Assembly: GCA_965242755.1 (NCBI GenBank)
Contig: OZ251500.1
Span: 1,921,339-1,985,338, forward strand
Source: Dehalococcoidia bacterium
GTDB lineage: Bacteria > Chloroflexota > Dehalococcoidia > Lucifugimonadales > Australimonadaceae
Direction: 5' to 3'
DNA: 64,000 nt
The position numbers were made by a program, and so were the translations under genes. Within the stretch, counting starts at the first letter, position 1; each line of letters starts with the position of its first letter. The notes beneath the pieces were generated by a model, which saw nothing but the letters and a program-made list of their open reading frames with translations, did no database searches and was not told where the DNA came from. Positions 43,259-51,985 of this stretch are shown here, in pieces.

Positions 43259-43296
43259 GTTGCCGATCCGTTACGCATCGGTTACGAATCTGTTAC
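43259..43296 (-). promoter_or_regulatory. Four phased GTnAC/GnAAC boxes upstream of amtB-glnK (GlnR-type operator candidate)
   Basis: In the gene direction the site reads GTAAC-agattc-GTAAC-cgatgc-GTAAC-ggatcg-GCAAC, with 6-nt spacers throughout. It lies 63-100 nt upstream of the amtB ATG (43196). Confidence 0.45.
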
Positions 43297-43692
43297 GGGC
43301 GCGGGGCAACCCTCGCCCCTGCCCTCTCCCAGAGGGAGAGGGAGTCGCGGCGGCTGGGAGAGGGAGTCGGAATTGGTTTGGTTCCCTCTCCTTCTAGGAG
43401 AGGGCTAGGGTGAGGGCGGTTCCTTCTCCCCAATGGGGGGGCGTGGCGCGCCCGTCGCGGCGCTGTCGCGCCGCCTGGATTCCCGCCTACGCGGGAATGA
43501 CGGGACCGAGGGGGTGGGTTCCCGCCTACGCGGTCAGGGCGGCGGCAATGTCTCCCGGGCGTGGCGGGCGGGGCGCAGGGAGGGCGCGGGGCGCGGGCCC
43601 GCCGGGTATGAGAAAGCCCCCGCCGATGTCGGCGGGGGCTTTCGTTGCGTCCGTATGGGGCGAGACGCGGAGGCTAAGGACGCGCGGGGGGG

Positions 43693-46581
43693 CTAGGGGA
43701 CGAGCGTGCCGGGGGAGGTGGCCCAGACCCAGTAGCCTTTGCCGTTCTTGATGGCGTCGTTGGCGGAGTCGGTCTTCGGCAGGATGCGCGTCCAGTCGTT
43801 CTGGCGCGTGTCGTAGGAGTAGGCGACGCTCCAGCTCAGGTTGGAGAAGTAGTTGTCGGCGTCGGGGCCGCCGCTGGGGTTCTTGCCGGCGCTCGCCTGT
43901 TCGACATCCACGACGCCGAGCAGGTTCCAGCCCGCCGTCACTCTCGCGGTCGGGAGGACGGACGAGGTGTCCGTTTCAGGGATCCGCGCCGAGACCTTCT
44001 CGAAGGCGGTGGTTTGGATCCAGTAGCCGTAGCCGCCGACGATGTCGGTCAGCGTGCCTTGCCAGCCGCCGCCGTCAACGCGGACCGCCGTCACCCATTC
44101 GTCGTTCTGGTAGGACAGCACGATCTTAGACTGCGGCGCGCCGCCGAGCACGGACGCGACGGATGAGTCGGTCGGCGTGCCCGGGATCGACACGAGATTC
44201 CAGCCGGGCGTCAGGCTCACCTCATAGGCGCGACGGGCCGCGACGGTGAAGTTGAAGGTGTCCGTCCTCGCGTTGCCCGCGTCGTCCACGCCGGTGATCT
44301 TCAGCGCGCGGCTGCCGACCGCGAGGCCGCTGGTCGTCAGCGTGTACTTGCGGGAGTTAATCGCTGCGAGGTCGCCGGACACGTCTTCGCCGTCCAGCGT
44401 GGCGAGCGTGATCCGCACGCCCTCGTGCGAGTCCAACTTGATGTCGTCGCCGTCTTCGGAGAGGCGAACCTTGGTGATGTTCTCGCCTTCATCGGCGTCC
44501 GTGGCGCCGACGTCGTAGACCGCCTCGTTCGCCTCGGCGAATTCGATGGTGATGAACGGGCGGGAACTTTCCGTGACCTTCTCGTCGTTGTCGCGGTAGG
44601 GCGCGAGCGAGAATTCCGGCTTGGCGATGTCGTCGTCCACCTCGATGAGGAGGGCGCCGGCCATAAGGTCTTCCAAGTCCAGCCCGTCGCCTTGGGTGGG
44701 AATGCCGTCGTCGCCGAGCGTCACCCCGCCGGAGGATCCGGTGTTGCCCGGGGCGTCGTCGCCGGTGACGATCACCGCGACAAGGCCGTCCAAGCCGGAA
44801 AGGCCGGTTGCGTTGGCGCGGTAGACACGCTCCCACGTGTTGTCAGCGGACTGGGCGGTGATGCTCGGGCCCGGCCTGGTGACTAGAATCTCCAGATCGG
44901 CGTCGTTCTGCTCTCCCGTGTTCGTGAGGGTTGCGAACCAGACCGCCGGCCTGCGCCGCAGTTCCTCATCGGAGACCACGCGCACGATGATCTGGCCGGA
45001 CTTCCGGATGACCGGGCGTCCGGAGGCTTCGGAGCCGGGGTTGATCGTCACCGTGAGCCCCGGGGCGATCATGTCCCTCGCCTTAATCTTGCCGGGGTCG
45101 TTGGAGTTGCCCGCGAGGTCAACGACGGCGCCGCCGAGCACTTCCACTTCGGGCGTTTCGTCGGGTTCGAGTTCGTCGGCGAGTTGGAGGTAGACGCGCG
45201 CCTTCGGCTTCTCAATGCAGGCGCCGCCCAACTCAAGCGGCTCGCGCTCGCTCGCTACCGTGTTGCCGCAGTCGGCTTTGACGGTGATCAGGCTGGCGCC
45301 CGTGACCGCGTGGCCGGTGACGCGGAAATCGGTGTGGTCCACGGCGCTCAGGTCGTCGTCGCCGCCGGCGTCTCCGTTCTTGAGCGTGACCGCGACGGAC
45401 GAGCGGTCCACCACTTCCTTCTTCTTGCTTGCGCTGAAGGCGATGCCCGTCCGCGCGAGCGAGAGCGTCGGCTTGCCGGTGTCCACCGTGATCGTGTAGT
45501 TGTCCTTGCCGTCCTTGCTTGAGTCGGCGTCGGAGATCGTTTGGTTCCCGACGCGGTCGCGCGCGTCCAATTGCCAATTGTTGGCAAGTTCGTTCAATTG
45601 GAGGCTCACGTCCATCGAGTACGACCTGCCGACGGCGATCGCGCGCCAGCGGTTCGTGCCCAGGTAAATCTGGTCGTCGGCGTTCAGCGTGAGGCTAATG
45701 TCCGCGGAGTCGCCAATCTTCTCGCCGGCGTCGGCGTCGGCCACCGAGAGCGGCTCGCCGCCGCGAATTCCGTCGTTGTCCTTGTCCACGTTCTCGGCGT
45801 CTTCATCGCCCAAGTCGAAGGTGAACTCGCCGTCGTGGCGGAGGCCCGCGCCTTCGTCCGTGACCGTGAACTGGAATCTGGCGGAGGTGGAACTGCTGTA
45901 GGACTTGTGCGCGGGGGCGACATTGGAGAATTCGGGCCCCTCGCCGTCAACGGTCAGTTCGTGCGAGAAGAAGGCGCCCTTTGCGGTGAGGCGGAGCGTG
46001 TCGCCGTCTCGCGCCGATATCTGCGCCGCAGCCTTCTTGGGGGCTCGGGTGGCGTCCGCGGCTAGGTCGTCTTCGGAGCCGCTCCAGCAGCCGTTCGCAT
46101 TCGAGTTCTCCTGGCCATAGGGGATGACCTCGACGAATGTGAACGTATCGCCGCTTTGCGGGACATAGGCTGTGACCTTCTGCCCGCTGCGCCGATTGTC
46201 CACCGTCACCTTGTAGCAGTTAACGAAGACATCGTCATTCTCATCGGCGGTGTCGGCGCCTTCGCTTTGCAGGCGCTCGTCCGTCCCCTCGGTGACCGTC
46301 ACCTTGAGCAGGTTGGCGACTTCGTCGAGGTCGGCCGCCGCGTCCGCGTTATCCGCGAGGACGCGATTGACGCCTCTGGAGTTAGAGACGTACAGGACGC
46401 CGTTGAAGTAGGTCGACGCGGGGTTGGCGTCGGCAGCCGTCTTGAGCGTCTCCACCTGGAAGGAGCTGTCTTTCCCGAGGATGCCTCGGGTGTCGTTCTG
46501 CGCGAGCGCAGGCAAGACAGCCAGCAGCGAGAGCGCGCCTGCCGCCAGTATGGCTATCAGCGGAACCTTCGTGAATCTCAC
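43693..46581 (-). CDS. Large secreted cell-surface (S-layer-like) protein, paralogue 1
   Basis: GTG start at 46581 (VRFTKVPLIAILAAGALSLLAVLPALAQ) after an AAGGGGGG RBS. The body is acidic and Thr/Asp-rich with Ig-like segments. The last ~190 aa are shared with 46723..50124. Confidence 0.6.
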   Translation of the reverse strand: MRFTKVPLIAILAAGALSLLAVLPALAQNDTRGILGKDSSFQVETLKTAADANPASTYFNGVLYVSNSRGVNRVLADNADAAADLDEVANLLKVTVTEGTDERLQSEGADTADENDDVFVNCYKVTVDNRRSGQKVTAYVPQSGDTFTFVEVIPYGQENSNANGCWSGSEDDLAADATRAPKKAAAQISARDGDTLRLTAKGAFFSHELTVDGEGPEFSNVAPAHKSYSSSTSARFQFTVTDEGAGLRHDGEFTFDLGDEDAENVDKDNDGIRGGEPLSVADADAGEKIGDSADISLTLNADDQIYLGTNRWRAIAVGRSYSMDVSLQLNELANNWQLDARDRVGNQTISDADSSKDGKDNYTITVDTGKPTLSLARTGIAFSASKKKEVVDRSSVAVTLKNGDAGGDDDLSAVDHTDFRVTGHAVTGASLITVKADCGNTVASEREPLELGGACIEKPKARVYLQLADELEPDETPEVEVLGGAVVDLAGNSNDPGKIKARDMIAPGLTVTINPGSEASGRPVIRKSGQIIVRVVSDEELRRRPAVWFATLTNTGEQNDADLEILVTRPGPSITAQSADNTWERVYRANATGLSGLDGLVAVIVTGDDAPGNTGSSGGVTLGDDGIPTQGDGLDLEDLMAGALLIEVDDDIAKPEFSLAPYRDNDEKVTESSRPFITIEFAEANEAVYDVGATDADEGENITKVRLSEDGDDIKLDSHEGVRITLATLDGEDVSGDLAAINSRKYTLTTSGLAVGSRALKITGVDDAGNARTDTFNFTVAARRAYEVSLTPGWNLVSIPGTPTDSSVASVLGGAPQSKIVLSYQNDEWVTAVRVDGGGWQGTLTDIVGGYGYWIQTTAFEKVSARIPETDTSSVLPTARVTAGWNLLGVVDVEQASAGKNPSGGPDADNYFSNLSWSVAYSYDTRQNDWTRILPKTDSANDAIKNGKGYWVWATSPGTLVP

Positions 46582-46665
46582 TTCTACCCCCCTTGATGGA
46601 GCTGTAGGCTCTAAGTTTTGGCGCTCTCGGGTATGAGAGCCTGTCGTTGGCGCTCTGCGCTTCCC

Positions 46666-46699
46666 GCGCCCCCTCTCCCTGTTCGGGGAGAGGGGGCGC
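46666..46699 (-). terminator. Perfect 14-bp stem hairpin between the two surface-protein genes (no U-tract)
   Basis: GCGCCCCCTCTCCC-tgttcg-GGGAGAGGGGGCGC lies 24 nt downstream of the stop of 46723..50124. It is a member of the CCCTCTCCC hairpin family. Confidence 0.35.
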
Positions 46700-46722
46700 A
46701 TTGCCGTCTTCCTACGCCGGTC

Positions 46723-49700
46723 TTACGGGACCAGCACGCCGGGCTCCGTGCTCCAGAGCCAGTAGCCCGACCCGTTCCTGATCGCGGTGTTGTTCGTTCC
46801 GTCGTCCGTGCCCGAAGGCTTGGGCAGGATCTTCACCCATTGGCTGCCCTGTGTTGCGAACCCGTAGGCGACCCGCCAACTCACGTTGACGAAGTACTTG
46901 TCCGGGTCCTGCGCGGCGTTGGCCGCGGTGGTCGCGCGCTGCGCGGCGTCTATCACGCCGACGAGGTTCCAGCCGGAGGTGATCGGCACGGTGGGGAGCA
47001 CCTGATTCGGGAGCGTCGGCGGGATCACCGTGGTGATCGTCTCCGCCGCCGTCGTCTGCACCCAGTAGCCGTAGCCGCCGACGATCTGCTCGAGCGTGCC
47101 CTGCCACTCGCCGCCGTCCGGGCGGATGGCGCTCAGCCACTCGCCCTCCTGGTACGACAGCACGGTGTTCGCTTCCATCCCGTCAAGCACCGCGGACACC
47201 GCCGGGTTCTCCGGGGTTCCGGGGAAGGAGATCAGGTTCCAGCCCGGCCGGAGGCTCACTTTGTAGCCCGCGCGGGAGCGGATGGTGAAGGAGAATTCCC
47301 CTTCCCTGTCGCCCGCCGAGTTCGCCGGGAGTTCGTTGCCGATGTCGTCCGTCGCGGCGTAGACAACGTCGTGCTTGCCGATGGACAAGCCCTCGACGAA
47401 CGCGATGATGAAACTGCCCTTGCTGGAGCCGACCCGCCGGACATCCTCCAAGCGGTCGACGCCGTCCACCGTCAGTTTCGTGAGTTCGATGCCCTCGTGC
47501 GAGTCGGTCTTGATCGCGTCCTCGTCCTCGCCGGCGTCGGCTTTGTAGAAGGTCGACGGGGCATCGTCGGCGTCGTCGCGGTTGTCGATCCCGTACTCGT
47601 TCGCCTCGGTGTTGCTGGCGTCCTCGTGGTTGAAGTTCAACTGCACGTAGGGCGTGAGGCTCTCCGTGATCCGCGTTTCGCCTTCGGCCGGCGGCTGAAC
47701 GCTCACGGTCGGCGCGGACACATCGTCCCTGTCGACCTCGATCAGGAAGCCGCCGTCGTCCAACTTCTTGAAGTCCAACCTGGTCCTCGGCCGCTCGTCC
47801 GTGTCGTCGTCGCTGTCGTGGTCGTATGTGCCTGGGACCGGCTCGCCGGAGCCGCCCGTTTGGGCGAGCGTCCAGCCGTCGCTGTTCCCCGCGTTGCCGT
47901 TCTCGTCCTCGGCGCGCACCAACACTGCGACGAGGCGCGAGCCGGAGCCGGGGAACTCGTCCTTGTCAACCGTGGTCTCCCAGACGTTGCGCTCCAACTC
48001 GCGGGGCGTGTCGCTATCAAGCGCGGCCACTCCGAGCATGGTTCCGACCGCCGCGTCGGCGCCGCTGTCGCCGAGCGCGACTCCGTCGATCGTGGCGAAC
48101 CAGACCTTGGGGAAACTCCGCAGGTCTTCGTCCGAGGTCACGCGGATGGTGAACTCGCCGTCGTCGTTCGTCGCGGCGCGGTTCGTCGCCTCGCCGGTCG
48201 CCGTGACGGTGACCGTGACGCCGGGGTCGATTCTGTCCTTGACCTGATCGCTGCTGCCGCTCAGCGACTCGACTTTGTTGTTGTTGCCCGCGACGTCTTG
48301 GAACACGCCGCCAAGCGTCTGCACCGTCGGCGTCTCGTCCGCCTCCAGCGGCGCCGACAACTGCAGATAGATGCGCGCGCGAGGGTCGAAGTCCATGCAC
48401 TCGCCGTCGATGTCCTTGACGTTGTCCTTGGTCTCGTCGGCGGTCGTATCCGGGTCGTCGTCCTCGCACTTCTTCTTGGTCGTCGGAACGACGGCATCCA
48501 CGACCGTGGCGCCGGAGACCGTGAAGTCGGACGCCTGCACGGACGAGCGGTCAACGCGGTCATCGCCGCCGTCATCCTCGTTCACAATGCTGAGCGCGAT
48601 CCAAGAGCGGTCAGCCTTCTCTCTGGGCGGGCTGCTGCTCGAGTCGAACTTCACGCCCGTCCGCACCTCTCTGATCACCGGGTCTTCGTTGTCGAGGGAG
48701 AAGGTGAACGGCTGCTCGTCATCCTCGTCGTCGTCGCCGTCGGTCGTGACGGCGTTGCCCACGCGGTCTTTGGCCACGACCTGCCATTCGTACTTGTTGA
48801 ACGACTGGCTGTTCAAGACCATCGCGAGGCGGTAGGTCCGCCCGAGCGCGACCTCCGTCCAGCCGCTGGTGCCGTAGAAGGAGAACTCCTGGCTCGGATT
48901 GAATTGGAAGCCGTCTTCGCCCATGTCGCCGTCGGTCAGCGATCCGGGGTTGTAGTAGATCTGGATGTCCTCGGTCGCGCCGGTGCCCGGCGCGCCTTGC
49001 GTGCCCGACGTGAGGGGCTCGTTGTAGCGCTGGTCGCCGTCGCCGTTGGCGGGGCTGGAGTCGCCGTCGCCGCTCAGGCCATCCTCGGCGTCGAAGCGCA
49101 TGCCTGCGCCGTCGTCGCTCACCGTGAAGCCGAGCGTCACGCGCGAACTGTTCGTCGTGCCGCCGTTCTCCGGCGTCAAGCCGGTCAGCGTGGGCTCGTC
49201 GCCGTCAACCGTCAGCGTCAGCCGCCCCCGAACGCCGGCGACCGTGATCTCAATCGTGTCGCCGTCGCGGGAAGAGAGGATCGCCGCAGGCTGGTTGTTG
49301 GTGGTGTCTGTGACGCTCCACGGCGTCTCCCCGTCGGGAACGGATTCGAGCAGGACAGGGTCTGCGAAGGGGAGGTTGGTGCACGGGGCGTTGCGGTCTT
49401 CAACGCGGTCCGTCCCTCTGTCCCAGACCGTCAGAACGCCCTGGTAGACATGCCCCGAGTTGATCGTCCCGTCGCCTATGCCGCCGACGGCCAAGAGCGC
49501 GACGTCGACCTCTTTGCCCGACCGCGAGTTCTTGGCCTTCGCGATCGCGCAGTCAGCGACATCCGCGCTGTTGTACGTCAGGAGGGCGTTCCAGCCGTCG
49601 TCGATGGTTTCGTCCGCGGGCGTGTTGACGTCGTCCGCGCGGTTTGTCCTCGACTCCAAGGAACTCGCGCCGCCGGGAACCTGGGCGGTGATGAGGACCG

Positions 49701-50124
49701 TGTTGTACGCATCGTCGTCGTTGGAAACGTACAGACGCCCGTTGAAGTAGGTGTTGCGGGGGTCGGGAACGCGTGAGAAGTCGAACGCGTCGTCGCCGCT
49801 GGAGTCCTTTAGGCCAAGCGCCTGGTCGCCGCGGGCGATGGTGTCCGTGGTCGCGCCCTCAGGCGCGCCTCGTCCGGTGGCGTCCTGGTTATTGCCCGTC
49901 GCGGCGTCCATCGTAATGCTGGAGTCGGCGTCGGCGGCGGCGATGCCTCGCGCTCGGATGTCGGCGATGTTCTGGTACACCTGGACTTCGAGCGCGCCGC
50001 CCACGCTCTGCCTGCCGTCGGTTTCGACGCCCTGCGTGCTCTGGGCAATCGCAGGCAAAACGACGAGCAGCGAGAGCGCCCCTGCCAGCAGTGTCGCTAT
50101 GAGCGGAATCCTCGTGAATCTCAC
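46723..50124 (-). CDS. Large secreted cell-surface (S-layer-like) protein, paralogue 2
   Basis: GTG start with the same GTGAGATTCAC context and RBS as paralogue 1 (MRFTRIPLIATLLAGALSLLVVLPAIAQ). The C-terminus is shared (YKVSLRPGWNLISFPGTP...GYWLWSTEPGVLVP). Confidence 0.6.
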   Translation of the reverse strand: MRFTRIPLIATLLAGALSLLVVLPAIAQSTQGVETDGRQSVGGALEVQVYQNIADIRARGIAAADADSSITMDAATGNNQDATGRGAPEGATTDTIARGDQALGLKDSSGDDAFDFSRVPDPRNTYFNGRLYVSNDDDAYNTVLITAQVPGGASSLESRTNRADDVNTPADETIDDGWNALLTYNSADVADCAIAKAKNSRSGKEVDVALLAVGGIGDGTINSGHVYQGVLTVWDRGTDRVEDRNAPCTNLPFADPVLLESVPDGETPWSVTDTTNNQPAAILSSRDGDTIEITVAGVRGRLTLTVDGDEPTLTGLTPENGGTTNSSRVTLGFTVSDDGAGMRFDAEDGLSGDGDSSPANGDGDQRYNEPLTSGTQGAPGTGATEDIQIYYNPGSLTDGDMGEDGFQFNPSQEFSFYGTSGWTEVALGRTYRLAMVLNSQSFNKYEWQVVAKDRVGNAVTTDGDDDEDDEQPFTFSLDNEDPVIREVRTGVKFDSSSSPPREKADRSWIALSIVNEDDGGDDRVDRSSVQASDFTVSGATVVDAVVPTTKKKCEDDDPDTTADETKDNVKDIDGECMDFDPRARIYLQLSAPLEADETPTVQTLGGVFQDVAGNNNKVESLSGSSDQVKDRIDPGVTVTVTATGEATNRAATNDDGEFTIRVTSDEDLRSFPKVWFATIDGVALGDSGADAAVGTMLGVAALDSDTPRELERNVWETTVDKDEFPGSGSRLVAVLVRAEDENGNAGNSDGWTLAQTGGSGEPVPGTYDHDSDDDTDERPRTRLDFKKLDDGGFLIEVDRDDVSAPTVSVQPPAEGETRITESLTPYVQLNFNHEDASNTEANEYGIDNRDDADDAPSTFYKADAGEDEDAIKTDSHEGIELTKLTVDGVDRLEDVRRVGSSKGSFIIAFVEGLSIGKHDVVYAATDDIGNELPANSAGDREGEFSFTIRSRAGYKVSLRPGWNLISFPGTPENPAVSAVLDGMEANTVLSYQEGEWLSAIRPDGGEWQGTLEQIVGGYGYWVQTTAAETITTVIPPTLPNQVLPTVPITSGWNLVGVIDAAQRATTAANAAQDPDKYFVNVSWRVAYGFATQGSQWVKILPKPSGTDDGTNNTAIRNGSGYWLWSTEPGVLVP

Positions 50125-50190
50125 TTCTACCCCCCTTATGGAGCCGTAGTCTCTATGGGTTCGGCGCTCTCACCGAGAGCCGGCGTCTAT

Positions 50191-50276
50191 CTTATCGTTT
50201 CCGCGCCCGGCTCGCCCGGACGCCTCGCTAACGCTTATCGTTTCCGCGCCCGGCTCGCCCGGACGCCTCGCTAACG
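50191..50276. repeat. Two perfect tandem copies of a 43-bp unit in the leader/upstream region of the surface-protein gene
   Basis: CTTATCGTTTCCGCGCCCGGCTCGCCCGGACGCCTCGCTAACG occurs at 50191-50233 and again at 50234-50276. Confidence 0.9.
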
Positions 50277-50641
50277 CTGTCCTGCGCCCCTGATCCCGGG
50301 GCTCGCTTGCCTAACTATACCACGCCGCCGCCCGCAACGCATAGGGCGCAAGACGCGGCAGGAGGCGCTATTGTCCACCCTGCGCCCCGCATTATGCAAT
50401 AGGATGCGATGGGCAGTTCCGGCCAAACCTCGCTCTCCCCGCGCAAACGCGCAACTCCCTTTCTATCAGCGCGGCGCGGCGTTGTCAACGCCGCAGGCGC
50501 GCAACCTTCCCGCCAATCCTAACACGCCGCGCAGTCTAGCGCCAACTCCGAACCCGCGCGGCTGCCTTTCCCGCCATTCCTAACCCGCGCGGCTGCCCTC
50601 TCCCGCCATTCCTAACCCTCACCCTGCCCTCTCCCAGAGGG

Positions 50642-50716
50642 AGAGGGAATCGGGCGCGGCCCTCTCCGCCAGAGGGAATCGGGCGCGGCCCTCTCCGCCA
50701 GAGGGAATCGGGCGCG
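50642..50716. repeat. 29-bp tandem repeat, about 2.6 copies
   Basis: AGAGGGAATCGGGCGCGGCCCTCTCCGCC occurs at 50642-50670 and 50671-50699, with a partial third copy. Confidence 0.85.
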
Positions 50717-50735
50717 CATGCGCCTGATCCGCGCA

Positions 50736-51506
50736 TTATCCGACGCTCCAGCCGCCGTCCACGAGGAGATGGTGCCCGGTGACGGCGCCGGCCTCGAGGC
50801 TCGCTAGGAAGACGACGGCGCCCGCGACCTCGTCCGGCTGCAGGCGCCTGCCGATGGGCGAGCGGCTGAGGAACGCCGCCTCGTCGCGGTTCGGGTCGGC
50901 GCTTTGCGTCATCGGCGTGTCCACCGGCCCCGGGCCGACGGCGTTCACCGTCACGCCGCGCTCCGCCCACTCCAGCGCCAGCGACTTCGTGAGGGCGACG
51001 ACGCCGCCCTTCGCCGCTACGTAGGCGGCGCGGTTCGGCGCGGCGGTCACCGCGAGTTGCGACGCGACGTTGACGATGCGCCCGTAGCCGGCCGGAGCCA
51101 TCCGCCGGGCCGCGGCCTGCGCCGCGAAAAACACGCCCTTGAGATTCACGCTCTGCACCGCGTCCCAATGCGCCTCCGACACGTCGAGCGCGGCGGCCCG
51201 CGAGGACACGCCCGCGTTGTTCACGAGGATATGCGGCCCGCCGAGGTCGTCGGCGATTGCGGCGAACGCGCGCCCGATGCTCGGAACGTCCGCAACGTCC
51301 AGATCGTAGCCCCGCGCCGCGCCTCCCGCGTCCGCGATCTCGAGGACGAAGGCATCGACGTCGGCGCGCTTGCCGGGGAGATTCGTCACCGCGACGGTCG
51401 CCCCGGCCTGCGCGAGCGCGAGGCTAACGGCTTTGCCGATGCCCTGGCTTCCGCCGGTCACCACCGCGACCTGGCCGTCCAATCGGAAAGGGGAGTTCGT
51501 CGTCAT
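50736..51506 (-). CDS. SDR-family oxidoreductase (FabG-like)
   Basis: VAVVTGGSQGIGKA, NNAG, and the Y-x3-K region AAYVAAKGG. Confidence 0.85.
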   Translation of the reverse strand: MTTNSPFRLDGQVAVVTGGSQGIGKAVSLALAQAGATVAVTNLPGKRADVDAFVLEIADAGGAARGYDLDVADVPSIGRAFAAIADDLGGPHILVNNAGVSSRAAALDVSEAHWDAVQSVNLKGVFFAAQAAARRMAPAGYGRIVNVASQLAVTAAPNRAAYVAAKGGVVALTKSLALEWAERGVTVNAVGPGPVDTPMTQSADPNRDEAAFLSRSPIGRRLQPDEVAGAVVFLASLEAGAVTGHHLLVDGGWSVG

Positions 51507-51542
51507 CGCGGCGCTGAAGTCGCGTGAGCCTCGCGGCTCGCG

Positions 51543-51755
51543 CTAGACGATCGCGAGCCCGTCGGGGAGGGATGCATGCCCCTCGCCGTGGCTCTTCTCC
51601 TTGGGGACGGGGTTCCGCAACTCCTCGCGCGTGACGTAGTTGTAGGAGATGTAGCCGATGACCGACCCCGCGACGGCGGCGGCGAGGACGCCCAGGATGA
51701 TGAGCGCGAGGTAGACGGCGCGGGCGTTGGGCGGCGCTGCGCTGATGACGGACAT
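51543..51755 (-). CDS. Small single-TM membrane protein (hypothetical)
   Basis: MSVISAAPPNARAVYLALIILGVLAAAVAGSVIGYISYNYV.... The start is set to ATG 51755, because the longer ORF start runs into a repeat element. Confidence 0.35.
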   Translation of the reverse strand: MSVISAAPPNARAVYLALIILGVLAAAVAGSVIGYISYNYVTREELRNPVPKEKSHGEGHASLPDGLAIV

Positions 51756-51833
51756 TGCGTTGGCGAGCCTCCGGGTAGAGGATGTCAAGCGGACGCGCCC
51801 TATCCTACCGCAACGCGCGCCGCGCCGCAACCG

Positions 51834-51954
51834 GGAGAACTTTTGCATAACCCGCCGCCCTGCCCGCGTAGGCGGGAATCCACAGGCGGCGCGGAGCGCC
51901 GCTCCTCTCCTACGCCTGCGCCTCGCCCTGCCCGCGAAAGCGGGAACCTACTGG
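51834..51954. repeat. Composite repeat-family copy (degenerate TIR end plus internal modules)
   Basis: GGAGAACTTTTGCATAAC, then CCCGCGTAGGCGGGAATCC, then GGCGGCGCGGAGCGCCGCTCCTCTCCTAC, then CCCGCGAAAGCGGGAACCTACTGG. It is collinear with 60027-60140 and 61318-61419. Confidence 0.7.
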
Positions 51955-51985
51955 GCGCGGCGCGGACGGGGTATGATTATTCCTG

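Noticed and set aside
46618-49776. 1052-aa ORF on the plus strand
   Set aside because: It is antisense to the 1133-aa surface-protein gene, which has a signal peptide, an RBS and a paralogue. The plus-strand product is low-complexity and Arg/Val/Ala/Gly-rich.
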